Assembly: GCA_016699205.1 (NCBI GenBank) | Contig: CP064964.1 | Location: 120,001 to 152,000 of the forward strand | Reading direction: 5' to 3' | DNA: 32,000 nucleotides | Source of the DNA: Candidatus Saccharimonadota bacterium | Lineage (GTDB): Bacteria > Patescibacteriota > Patescibacteriia > 2-12-FULL-60-25 | In this document: positions 23,586 through 31,951 of the stretch, piece after piece | Layout of the letters: each line of letters begins with the position of its first letter | How positions within the stretch are numbered: the stretch's first letter is position 1 | Notes under the pieces: generated by a model | The model's input: the letters and a program-made list of their open reading frames with translations, nothing else | Databases searched by the model: none | What the model was told of the DNA's origin: nothing | Program-made: the position numbers and the translations under genes

Positions 23586-25274
23586 GTGTCGATCTCCATT
23601 ATGTCCGATCAAGCTCCGACAATCGCCAAATCGCCGTTCGTGCATCTGCACGTACATTCGATGTACTCGCTGTATGACGCGATCGGAAGTCCGGATGATA
23701 TTGTCGAGAGAGCAAAAGAACTTGGTTATGACGCGATCGCTTTGACCGATCATGCCGCTTTATATGGCGCCATCGAATTTTATGAAGCGGCGCACAAAGC
23801 GGGCATCAAACCGATTATCGGAATCGATGCGTATCTTGCGACGAACAAGCACACCGATAAACGTGCAGGTATCGACAACAGGACTTCACGCTTAGTTTTG
23901 CTGGTTGAAAATAATGAGGGTTATCAGAATCTTCTTAAACTTGTTTCTATTTCTTTTCTAGACGGTTTTTATTATAAGCCACGTTTAGATAAAGATTTGC
24001 TTCGAGAACATCGAGCTGGATTGATTGCGCTATCAGGCGGGCTGAAGGGCGATATTCCGCAGGCGCTACAAGCGCATGATATGGAGCGGGCAGAGAAGCT
24101 CGTAGCCGAGTATAAAGATATTTTTGGACCAGATCATTTTTTTCTGGAAGCTGTATGGCATCCGGAATCGCCGACACAGAACGATGTTAATGAATTGATG
24201 TTTGAGCTAGCCAAGAAAACGGATACAAAAATTGTTGCGGCCAAGAATGTTCATTATTTACACGAAGAGGATCGTGAAGCTCAGGACGTGCTGGTTTGTA
24301 TTCATGATGGAAAAACCGTGGATGATCAGGCGCGTGCGTCGATGACGGGTATCGATCTTTCTCTGACAGCTATCGAACCGATGGTTGAGGCCTTTAAGGA
24401 TCATCCTGAGGCGATTGAGAATACGCGCATCATCGCTGATCGCTGCGAGGTGAAGTTTGAATTGGGAACAAATCATCTTCCGCGCTTTGATTTGCCGGAA
24501 GGGGAGACGGAGATGGGGTATTTGCGAACGCTATGTGAGCGCGGACTTCTTGATCGATACTCTGAACCTGAGAAGCAGAAAGAGGCAAAAGAACGGCTTG
24601 ATTTTGAATTGGCGACGATTGAGCGCATGGGATTTGCCGCTTACTTTTTAATCGTGTCCGATTATATTAATTGGGCCAAGGATCATGGCGTGATCGTGGG
24701 ACCGGGTCGCGGATCGGCGGCCGGATCGATCGTGGCTTACTCGCTCAAAATCACCAACCTTGATCCGCTGCGCTACGGTTTGCTTTTTGAGCGTTTTCTC
24801 AATCCTGACCGTATCTCGATGCCGGATATCGATACGGACTTTGATGATGTGAAACGTAAGGACGTGATCCAGTACGTCATGGATAAGTACGGGCACAATC
24901 GTGTTGCGGGAATTATTACATTTGGAACGATGGCGGCGCGTGCTGCGGTACGCGATGTGGGCCGTGCTTTGGGCATGAGTTACGCGGATGTTGATCGTAT
25001 TTCAAAAGTGATTCCGCCGCCGGTGCAGGGGAGACATATTCCGCTTGAAAAATCGAAAGAAGAATCGCCGGAGCTCAAGGCGATGTATTACAGCGACCCG
25101 CGTGTCAAACGCTTGGTTGATTTGGCGATTCGATTGGAAGGGACAACGCGCCACGCGTCGCAGCATGCATGTGGAATCGTGATTTCACCAAAAGCGCTGG
25201 TTGAGTTTGCGCCGCTGCAAAAAGCCCAAGGCGGCGATGTGGAACAAGTTGTCCAATATTCACTGCTTTTGTAG
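23586..25274 (+). CDS. dnaE: DNA polymerase III alpha subunit DnaE, N-terminal fragment (PHP and palm domains), ending at a frameshift-induced TAG
   Basis: FVHLHVHSMYSLYDAIG (PHP domain), ALTDHAALYG, GPGRGSAAGSIVAYSLKITNLDP, PDIDTDF, HACGIVIS. The start is probably ATG 23601; the ORF track uses GTG 23586. Confidence 0.93.
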   Translation: MSISIMSDQAPTIAKSPFVHLHVHSMYSLYDAIGSPDDIVERAKELGYDAIALTDHAALYGAIEFYEAAHKAGIKPIIGIDAYLATNKHTDKRAGIDNRTSRLVLLVENNEGYQNLLKLVSISFLDGFYYKPRLDKDLLREHRAGLIALSGGLKGDIPQALQAHDMERAEKLVAEYKDIFGPDHFFLEAVWHPESPTQNDVNELMFELAKKTDTKIVAAKNVHYLHEEDREAQDVLVCIHDGKTVDDQARASMTGIDLSLTAIEPMVEAFKDHPEAIENTRIIADRCEVKFELGTNHLPRFDLPEGETEMGYLRTLCERGLLDRYSEPEKQKEAKERLDFELATIERMGFAAYFLIVSDYINWAKDHGVIVGPGRGSAAGSIVAYSLKITNLDPLRYGLLFERFLNPDRISMPDIDTDFDDVKRKDVIQYVMDKYGHNRVAGIITFGTMAARAAVRDVGRALGMSYADVDRISKVIPPPVQGRHIPLEKSKEESPELKAMYYSDPRVKRLVDLAIRLEGTTRHASQHACGIVISPKALVEFAPLQKAQGGDVEQVVQYSLLL

Positions 25275-25279
25275 AAGTA

Positions 25280-27142
25280 ATGGGCTTGCTCAAGATGGAC
25301 TTCTTGGGATTGTCCAACTTGAGCGTTATTCGCGACTGCTTGGAAATCGCTAAAGCCGTTCACGGAGCTGAGGTCGACATGGAGACATTGCCGCTGGATG
25401 ACGCAAAGACGTTTGAATTGTTGGGTAAGGGTATTACGACCGGTGTATTCCAGCTTGAATCGGATGGAATGAAGAAGTATATCCGCGAGCTTAGGCCGAC
25501 GGTTATCGAAGACATTATCGCTATGGTGGCGCTGTATCGACCTGGTCCGATGCAGTTTATCGAGTCGTTTATTGACCGTAAGCATGGGCGCGAGAAAATT
25601 ACCTATATCCATCCGCTGACGGAGAATGCGCTCAAAACAACGTACGGTCTTCCGATTTATCAGGAGCAAGTGATGCAAGTCGCAAAAGACATGGCCGGCT
25701 TTACAGGCGGCCAAGCTGACACGTTGCGTAAAGCCATGGGTAAAAAAATCGCCAAGCTCATGGCAGAAATGCGCACCAAGTTTATTGATGGATCATTGGC
25801 AAATGGCGTTCCCCAAGAAAAAGCCGAGGCTATTTTTACGCAGTTTGAAGAATTTGCTGCGTACGGCTTCAACAAGTCGCATGCCGCTTGTTACGCATTG
25901 ATCGCGTATCAGACGGCGTATTTGAAAGCGCATTTTCCGGATGCCTTCATGGCAGCACTGATGAACTCAGATATTTCCAACCTTGACCGCATCACGATTG
26001 AAGTTGAGGAGTGCCGTGATATCGGACTGGAAGTCACACCGCCAGATATTAATGAATCATTCCGCGGATTTGCTGTCGTGAAGGGGACAAACAAGATTCG
26101 CTTTGGACTATTGGCTATCAAAGGCATCGGAGAAGATGTGGTTGAAACGATTTATCAGGAGAGAAAAGCGAAGGGACCTTATAAGAATCTGGAGGACTTT
26201 GTTACACGCGTAACGGGAAAGCATATTAATCGACGTTCGCTTGAATCATTGATCAAATCTGGCGCGCTGGATCGCTTTGGAGATCGCAATCAGCTTTACT
26301 TTAATATCGAGGCGATTCTTGAATATCAGAAGCGCGTGACACAGGAAGCAAACTCCGGACAGTTTAATTTGTTTGCTTTGTCGAGCGTGAATCTTTCGCA
26401 GCCAGCTTTGACGTTAAAACCTGCACCGCCTGCAGCGACACGCGACATTCTGATTTGGGAAAAAGAATTGCTCGGACTGTATATTTCCGCGCATCCCTTT
26501 AAAGATTTCTCGCATCAGCTCGCGGGCCTGGTTACCGAGATCAAAGACCTGCCGCTCAAAACAAAGGAAAAGAGCGTCAGAACAGCGGGCTTTATCACGC
26601 AGGCGAAAAAAATCCTAACCAAAAATGGCGAGCCGATGGTGTTTACCAAGCTTCAGGATATGGGTGGTGAAATTGAAGCGGTTATTTTTCCGCGCGTGTA
26701 CAAAGAAAAGCCGGAGCTCTGGGAATCGGATAAAGCCGTGGTCCTTTCTGGACGCGTACAGCTGAAGGACGGGGAGCCGAAGTTTTTGGTTGAGTCCGGA
26801 TATGAGATTACGCAGGATAATATCGAGCAGGTGCGTCAGCAGTTTATGGGGAGCGGAGCTGTACACCAGCAGGTTGAAGAGTCTGTTCAGACGGAAGCAC
26901 CTGCTAAAAAATCCGCTGATGCCGTGACCATTCACCTGCGCGCCCATCTCCCCGAAACGATCCTCTACAAACTTCGAGCGGTTCTCGACGCGCATCCGGG
27001 ACGTTTCCGTGTTTACTTTGCTGTCGACAATGCCGGCGGACAACAAAAGATTCTCTCATCGTATAAAATTACATTTGATGAACTGATCGCCAAAGAGCTA
27101 GAGATGATTCTCGGACCGGATACGGTGAAAGTCGAAGCCTAA
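25280..27142 (+). CDS. dnaE: DnaE C-terminal fragment (fingers, beta-binding, OB fold); real coding resumes near 25268 in the -1 frame
   Basis: GLLKMDFLGLSNL, LYRPGPM, YQEQVMQ, RKAMGKK, GFNKSHAACYA, and an OB-fold region (VRTAGFITQAKKILTKNGEPMVFTKLQD). Confidence 0.93.
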   Translation: MGLLKMDFLGLSNLSVIRDCLEIAKAVHGAEVDMETLPLDDAKTFELLGKGITTGVFQLESDGMKKYIRELRPTVIEDIIAMVALYRPGPMQFIESFIDRKHGREKITYIHPLTENALKTTYGLPIYQEQVMQVAKDMAGFTGGQADTLRKAMGKKIAKLMAEMRTKFIDGSLANGVPQEKAEAIFTQFEEFAAYGFNKSHAACYALIAYQTAYLKAHFPDAFMAALMNSDISNLDRITIEVEECRDIGLEVTPPDINESFRGFAVVKGTNKIRFGLLAIKGIGEDVVETIYQERKAKGPYKNLEDFVTRVTGKHINRRSLESLIKSGALDRFGDRNQLYFNIEAILEYQKRVTQEANSGQFNLFALSSVNLSQPALTLKPAPPAATRDILIWEKELLGLYISAHPFKDFSHQLAGLVTEIKDLPLKTKEKSVRTAGFITQAKKILTKNGEPMVFTKLQDMGGEIEAVIFPRVYKEKPELWESDKAVVLSGRVQLKDGEPKFLVESGYEITQDNIEQVRQQFMGSGAVHQQVEESVQTEAPAKKSADAVTIHLRAHLPETILYKLRAVLDAHPGRFRVYFAVDNAGGQQKILSSYKITFDELIAKELEMILGPDTVKVEA

Positions 27143-27143
27143 C

Positions 27144-27220
27144 TGTCATTGCGAGGAGTTCGACGACGAAGCAAACCTGATCGAGGGTTCAGGATTGCTT
27201 CGCTGCTGCTCGCAATGACA
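27144..27220. repeat. Palindromic MITE/REP-like element, copy B (77 bp)
   Basis: TGTCATTGCGAG...CTCGCAATGACA are perfect 12-bp terminal inverted repeats, with internal pairs GAAGCAA / TTGCTTC and CCTGA / TCAGG. It begins 2 nt after the dnaE stop. Same orientation as copy A. Confidence 0.85.
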
Positions 27221-27222
27221 TA

Positions 27223-27231
27223 TGGTATAAT
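27223..27231 (+). promoter_or_regulatory. Extended -10 box TGGTATAAT, 7 nt upstream of ATG 27239 (leaderless configuration)
   Basis: TGGTATAAT-ctgaaac-ATG, immediately after repeat copy B. Confidence 0.55.
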
Positions 27232-27238
27232 CTGAAAC

Positions 27239-27385
27239 ATGGTCAAAAAGGCCAAAAATAAAAACGTCCCTTTGTATCAGCACGACTCGCCGGACTTCTG
27301 GGCGTTTACGACGATTTTGGTTTTCCCTGTCGCCATGCTGGGCGCTTTATCGTTTGGCTTTTCATCGACGTCGGCGTTTTTCTAG
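27239..27385 (+). CDS. Small membrane protein, 5' fragment (48 codons), probably one gene with 27412..27684 across a frameshift
   Basis: MVKKAKNKNVPLYQHDSPDFWAFTTILVFPVAMLGALSFGF... The -1 frame is open from 27262 and reads the hydrophobic FIDVGVFLGIYASLGALVANAIV straight into the next ORF. Confidence 0.5.
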   Translation: MVKKAKNKNVPLYQHDSPDFWAFTTILVFPVAMLGALSFGFSSTSAFF

Positions 27386-27411
27386 GCATCTATGCTTCTC
27401 TTGGAGCGCTG

Positions 27412-27684
27412 GTGGCCAATGCGATCGTTGAAAAGCGCTTATGGATGTTTCATCACAAGTGGCGAGACCGATTAGAAGCACCGGATTTCTCTTTCCGTTT
27501 GGCAATCGTCACTGGTGCCATTCTGCTCATCGTTCAAACATCGCTCTTGGTTTTTATTTTCACTGAACCATCCTTTGATCGATCCATGCTGAGACTCGTT
27601 TTTGACAGGCAGTGCGCGGATGCAAAATACGGTTTTGATGAATTCTGTGCAGGGCTGGAACGAGCCTTGACCAACGCGCCGTAA
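27412..27684 (+). CDS. Small membrane protein, 3' fragment
   Basis: 90-aa ORF with TM LAIVTGAILLIVQTSLLVFIF. It has no ATG start of its own, and its frame is open upstream to 27262. Confidence 0.5.
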   Translation: MANAIVEKRLWMFHHKWRDRLEAPDFSFRLAIVTGAILLIVQTSLLVFIFTEPSFDRSMLRLVFDRQCADAKYGFDEFCAGLERALTNAP

Positions 27685-27694
27685 GGCGCGTTTT
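27673..27694 (+). terminator. Intrinsic terminator hairpin enclosing the stop codon of 27412..27684
   Basis: AACGCGCC-gtaa-GGCGCGTT, then TT. An 8-bp stem with a GNRA loop. Confidence 0.5.
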
Positions 27695-27696
27695 GG

Positions 27697-27705
27697 TGCT
27701 ATAAT
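27697..27705 (+). promoter_or_regulatory. Extended -10 box TGCTATAAT, 9 nt upstream of ATG 27715
   Basis: TGCTATAAT-ccgatcatt-ATG. Confidence 0.55.
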
Positions 27706-27714
27706 CCGATCATT

Positions 27715-28149
27715 ATGCGCATTAGTTTTCTTGGTGCCGCGCGCGAAGTCACCGGCTCGCTGTACCTGATCGAAACCAAGACAACAAACATCCTGGTTGA
27801 TTGCGGGATGCATCAGGGCTGCAATACATGCGATGTTAAAAATCTTGTTGATTTTCCATTTGACGTAAAAACCGTTCAAGCCGTTCTTTTGACGCATGCG
27901 CACCTTGATCATTGCGGAAGAATTCCCAAGTTGATTAAAGCGGGCTTCAAAGGAAAAATTTATGCAACGGCGCCTACTATGAAACTGGCGACGCTTGTTC
28001 TAGAAGATGCTCAGCACATCATGGAGGAGGATCATAAGCGCGAGGGGACTCCGATTCTCTATTCTCGCGAAGATGTTGCAATGGCCGTAGAGCAGTTTGA
28101 GATTGTCGATTATAGCCGGGAGGTGACCGTTGGCGATTTGGTTTGCTGA
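27715..28149 (+). CDS. Beta-CASP metallo-beta-lactamase family ribonuclease, N-terminal part ending at an in-frame TGA
   Basis: MRISFLGAAREVTGS and LLTHAHLDHCGRIP (HxHxDH). The same frame continues after the TGA with PRDAGHIFGSAF (motif 3 His). Confidence 0.88.
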   Translation: MRISFLGAAREVTGSLYLIETKTTNILVDCGMHQGCNTCDVKNLVDFPFDVKTVQAVLLTHAHLDHCGRIPKLIKAGFKGKIYATAPTMKLATLVLEDAQHIMEEDHKREGTPILYSREDVAMAVEQFEIVDYSREVTVGDLVC

Positions 28150-28191
28150 CCTCGCGATGCCGGACATATTTTTGGATCGGCATTTTGGGAA

Positions 28192-29064
28192 GTGCGTCAG
28201 GTCAATGGACCGAGCGCAGCCTTTTCTGGTGATTTGGGAAATAGAGGCTCCCGAATTCTCCGACCTACCGCGCAGCTCTCGGCGGTTGATGCGCTCATTA
28301 TTGAGTCGACGTACGGAAATCGTATTCATGAAGATGAGAGTACGCGCGAGTCCAAGCTACGCGAGATTCTTGATCGCGTTATCAAAACAAAAGGCGTGCT
28401 TGTGATTCCGGCATTTGCGATTGATCGGACGCAGCAGATTTTGTTTGAGATGAATCACTTGATCGAGAAGGGAATTGTGCCGCAGGTCGATATCTATCTG
28501 GATAGTCCGATGGCGATCAAGGCGACAGAGGTCATGAAGGAATATCCCCAGTACTATAATAATGAAGCGCGCGAATTAGCTGCTTCTGGAGACGACTTGT
28601 TTGATTTTCCCGGTTTGCAGCTCACCAAGACACGCGATGAATCCAAACTTATCAATGAAGCGCCGCGTCCAAAAGTGATTATCGCCGGATCAGGCATGAT
28701 GAATGGCGGACGCATCCAGCATCACTTGGTGCGCTATTTGGCCGATAAAAATGCGACCGTGCTCATCGTCGGCTATCAGGCGGATGGGACGCTTGGACGC
28801 GAGCTGCATGATGGCAAGAAGGTTGTGCGCGTCTTGCAGGAAACGGTAAATGTGAAAGCGACCGTTACGAGTATCGGCGCTTATAGTGCCCACGCCGACC
28901 AATCCAAACTCGTGAAATGGGTGGAGGAAGCAGAAGCTTTGCCAAAGCAGATTTATTGCACGCATGGCGAGGAAGGGGCCGCCGTAGCGCTTGCAACGCG
29001 TTTTAAGCAGCATCTGAATATCGAAGCGATTGCACCGCATGTCGGTGATACGATCGAGGTATGA
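28192..29064 (+). CDS. Beta-CASP ribonuclease, C-terminal part (same frame as 27715..28149; homology resumes directly at 28150)
   Basis: FSGDLGN, LIIESTYGNRIH, the beta-CASP motifs (PAFAIDRTQ; IAGSGMMNGGRI), and YSAHADQSKL (His motif C). Confidence 0.88.
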   Translation: MRQVNGPSAAFSGDLGNRGSRILRPTAQLSAVDALIIESTYGNRIHEDESTRESKLREILDRVIKTKGVLVIPAFAIDRTQQILFEMNHLIEKGIVPQVDIYLDSPMAIKATEVMKEYPQYYNNEARELAASGDDLFDFPGLQLTKTRDESKLINEAPRPKVIIAGSGMMNGGRIQHHLVRYLADKNATVLIVGYQADGTLGRELHDGKKVVRVLQETVNVKATVTSIGAYSAHADQSKLVKWVEEAEALPKQIYCTHGEEGAAVALATRFKQHLNIEAIAPHVGDTIEV

Positions 29065-29981
29065 ATGTCTGGCTCCCCATCGCCATCGTTGGACATCTTT
29101 TGAACGCTTGCGCGTTTCTTGTCGACAAGGCGCTGCTTTCAACAGCGTTTAAACGCAGCGGTACGTATGCCGCTTTGATCGGAGGGCTTTCTTGTTTGGT
29201 TTTTTTGGCGGCACCGTGGACGAATCTTCCATCGCTGCAAGCTTGGCCGGCTATTGCGTGTTTTGGCGGATTGTTTGTGCTTGCTGTTTGGACATTTTTT
29301 GAAGGATTGCGCCGTGCCGAGGCAACACGCGTCGTTCCAATCATCGGATCGCTTATTCCGATCTTTACACTTATTGATACAAGCCTGTTTTTGGGGGAGA
29401 GACTTTCGACAAATGGCTACATCGGTTTTGGCTTGCTGGTTGTTGCAACGGGCATTCTTGCGAGCGGACGCGGGAAGGATCGGTTATCGTTGGCAACGGT
29501 TGGCATTTGCGTGCTTTCAGCGTTTCTTTTTGCCGCTTCAAGCGCTTTTGGAAAATACGGATTCCAGACAACACCGTTTCTTGATGTTTTTGTTTGGTCG
29601 CGCGTGTCTGCCGGATTGGTGGCGCTCGGTATCGCTTTGTTTGCGCCTGGCGTACGCGGAGAGTTATCAAAATTGATTTTTGTGAAGAGTCGAGGCGCGG
29701 CCGTAGAGGAGAGCTTTGCGCTTGGGCTCATGTTCTTTGGACAAGCTTGCGGAGCCTTTGGCTTTCTTCTTGTTCAATTTGCGATCTCGCAGGGGAGCGC
29801 GGCTATCGTAAATGCCCTGCAGGCTGTCCAGTATGCGGCACTGGTTTTGGTCGCATGGTTTGGCGGTAAGAAGATCGCAGATTTGCTGCATGAGCGGCAT
29901 AGCACATCGATCTACCTCACAAAAGGCAGCGCGATCGTTCTGGTCGCGATTGGCCTTTATCTCGTAACCTATGGCATCTAA
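29061..29981 (+). CDS. Multi-pass membrane protein, tentatively a DMT/EamA-like permease
   Basis: 306 aa with about 10 hydrophobic segments in two similar halves. ATGA overlap with the upstream stop. The family call rests on architecture only. Confidence 0.55.
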   Translation: MNVWLPIAIVGHLLNACAFLVDKALLSTAFKRSGTYAALIGGLSCLVFLAAPWTNLPSLQAWPAIACFGGLFVLAVWTFFEGLRRAEATRVVPIIGSLIPIFTLIDTSLFLGERLSTNGYIGFGLLVVATGILASGRGKDRLSLATVGICVLSAFLFAASSAFGKYGFQTTPFLDVFVWSRVSAGLVALGIALFAPGVRGELSKLIFVKSRGAAVEESFALGLMFFGQACGAFGFLLVQFAISQGSAAIVNALQAVQYAALVLVAWFGGKKIADLLHERHSTSIYLTKGSAIVLVAIGLYLVTYGI

Positions 29982-31023
29982 AAAATCTCCCCTGGGTTTT
30001 GATTTGAATGCCGTCAAGAAATGGGCAAAGGGATTGCTTTTTGTCTCAAGCGCCATCATCGCTATTATTTTAGGTTTTTTCCTGATCGGTTGGCCAAAGG
30101 AATATCAAAAGGAATATGGCATCACCTGGAGCTCGCCCTACGCCTATGGTCTGGGGCTTAATCCGAATGATGGTTTGCGTCAGGTTTTGGATGATGTAGG
30201 CGTGAGACGTTTCCGTATTCCGGCTTATTGGACCGACATCGAACGCGAACAGGGGAAATACGATTTTACGATTTTACGCGAGCAACTCGACGCAATTGCG
30301 AGCCGCAATGGAAGCGTGATACTTGCCGTAGGTTCACGTCTTCCGCGTTGGCCGGAGTGCTGGGTTCCGGAATGGGTGACACAGGTCGATCTTGCAACGA
30401 GACGCTCCGTGCAGCTCGCTTATCTCCAGAAAACATATGCGATGTTTAAGGATCATCCCGCTGTTAAAGCTTGGCAAGTTGAGAATGAAGCGATGTTCAC
30501 GTTCTATGTTGAGTGTCCGGGACTCACGAAGGAGCTTGTGGTTGAAGAGTTGCGTTATGTAAAAGGCGAGGAGGCCAAGCGCTCAAATCCTCGACCCGTC
30601 TACACAACGGATTCTGGCGAGCTTTCGCTTTGGATCGATTGGGCGGGTGAGGTCGATGGTCTTGGGGTAAGCCTGTATCGCACCGTAACGAATCCGTGGC
30701 TTGGAGTGATCCGATATTGGTTTATTCCGCCATGGGCTTATGTGCGTAAAGCTTGGCTAGCCCACTTTTTTGTCGGACCGATTTTTGTCAGTGAATTCCA
30801 GATGGAACCGTGGTCGGATTTTCCGCTGGAGAACACGAGCTTGGAAGACCAGTATCGAACGCTCTCGATTGATCAGATGCGCAAAAACTTTCTGTATGCC
30901 AAACGGCTTGATATGCCGGCCGTCGATTTTTGGGGAGCGGAGTGGTGGCTGTGGATGCGGGATAAGAAGGGGAATGCCGAGTTTTGGAATGAAGCAAAAG
31001 CATTTTTTCAGGCGTCGCGATAA
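29971..31023 (+). CDS. Membrane-anchored glycoside hydrolase-like protein (clan GH-A TIM-barrel signature)
   Basis: 350 aa. N-terminal TM LLFVSSAIIAIILGFFLIGW. WQVENEA is a candidate acid/base Asn-Glu, and FVSEFQMEPW a candidate nucleophile Glu. Overlaps the upstream gene by 11 nt. Confidence 0.6.
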   Translation: MASKKSPLGFDLNAVKKWAKGLLFVSSAIIAIILGFFLIGWPKEYQKEYGITWSSPYAYGLGLNPNDGLRQVLDDVGVRRFRIPAYWTDIEREQGKYDFTILREQLDAIASRNGSVILAVGSRLPRWPECWVPEWVTQVDLATRRSVQLAYLQKTYAMFKDHPAVKAWQVENEAMFTFYVECPGLTKELVVEELRYVKGEEAKRSNPRPVYTTDSGELSLWIDWAGEVDGLGVSLYRTVTNPWLGVIRYWFIPPWAYVRKAWLAHFFVGPIFVSEFQMEPWSDFPLENTSLEDQYRTLSIDQMRKNFLYAKRLDMPAVDFWGAEWWLWMRDKKGNAEFWNEAKAFFQASR

Positions 31024-31098
31024 TGATCGCTAAACGAGTTATCCACAAGCGTCGTGCTATCATTAAAATACGAATAATTATTTCCTTTCATCGTTTCT

Positions 31099-31338
31099 AT
31101 GATGAGTGCTTCTAAGGGCTGTACAGTACACATGGCCGCGTTCTGGCTTATGTGGATCGGTGCTGTTAACTGGGGCTTGGTCGGCGTAGGCGGCTTTCTC
31201 GGAAAGAACTGGAACGTCGTTGGTCTCTTGCTTGGCCGCTGGCCGCAGGTTGAATGGATCGTTTACATCCTTGTCGGTGTATCCGCTCTCGCGATGCTCA
31301 TGAAGGACAGCTGTGCCATGTGTAAGACGGCTAAATAA
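31099..31338 (+). CDS. DUF378 family small membrane protein
   Basis: WIGAVNWGLVGVGGF...VYILVGVSALAML matches the DUF378 (YuzA-like) signature as I remember it. Confidence 0.8.
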   Translation: MMSASKGCTVHMAAFWLMWIGAVNWGLVGVGGFLGKNWNVVGLLLGRWPQVEWIVYILVGVSALAMLMKDSCAMCKTAK

Positions 31339-31352
31339 GCCGCCCTCACGTC

Positions 31353-31400
31353 AAACACAAAACCCTCCATAGCGGAGGGTTTTGTGTTTACTTTTTCTTT
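31353..31400 (+). terminator. Strong intrinsic terminator
   Basis: AAACACAAAACCCTCC-atagc-GGAGGGTTTTGTGTTT gives a 16-bp perfect stem, followed by ACTTTTTCTTTT. Confidence 0.85.
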
Positions 31401-31450
31401 TCCCTTCTTTGCACTTTCACCGACAAGTCCTGGCTTTTGAGAATGTATTG

Positions 31451-31951
31451 ATGGAACTATTGACGAGATCGAGTAGATACGTCGTGATGTGCGCGGAGGA
31501 TGCCATGGCGCGTGCAATCGTTCATTCACTCTTGTACGTCCTTTTCTTGGGCTGCGGGCATGCCGATGGTTTGCGTGTCGAGTGGAATGAGGTGCCGTCG
31601 ACGAGTGCGTCACGCGCTTCATCAGAGCCGCTGGTCGAGGAAGAGTCGCTTGAGACGGAGGAGGATGTGTACGCGCTCATGATCGGGCCGCTGCGCGATC
31701 CGGTCATCGACGTAACCTTCTACGATCCATCCGACGGCCGCTTCACACTCACATCGTTCGAGTGCATGTGGCAGGGGAGACGCTGCGTCGGCCATATGCC
31801 GTATGAAGCGCGCCGCAGCCACTACTTTACGGTCGATACCGTCCGGCACTTGTGTCCGGATGTGAGGCTCTACCGTAATGGCCTCGAGATCGATTTGGAG
31901 CGCTATCGGCTCCGATCCTGCGCCTTTCTCATGGAGGCTGACCCGGATTGA
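31451..31951 (+). CDS. Hypothetical protein, possibly secreted or a lipoprotein
   Basis: The ORF track begins at 31382, inside the terminator. I prefer ATG 31451, where GAGAAT lies 6 nt upstream. The alternative is ATG 31505, giving MARAIVHSLLYVLFLGC (a weak lipobox). The segment is visibly GC-richer than the rest of the window. No family recognised. Confidence 0.5.
   Translation: MELLTRSSRYVVMCAEDAMARAIVHSLLYVLFLGCGHADGLRVEWNEVPSTSASRASSEPLVEEESLETEEDVYALMIGPLRDPVIDVTFYDPSDGRFTLTSFECMWQGRRCVGHMPYEARRSHYFTVDTVRHLCPDVRLYRNGLEIDLERYRLRSCAFLMEADPD

Noticed and set aside
28147-28149. Alternative genetic code (UGA read as Gly or Trp) or selenocysteine at the in-frame TGA of the beta-CASP gene
   Set aside because: TGA clearly terminates radA (1201-1203), the SLT fusion gene (2522-2524) and the 802-aa gene (7637-7639). 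Long ORFs such as pheT and dnaE contain no in-frame TGA. Downstream I find only a weak 6-bp ATGCCG/CGGCAT stem with a 15-nt loop, not a convincing SECIS. This enzyme family has no known Sec site.
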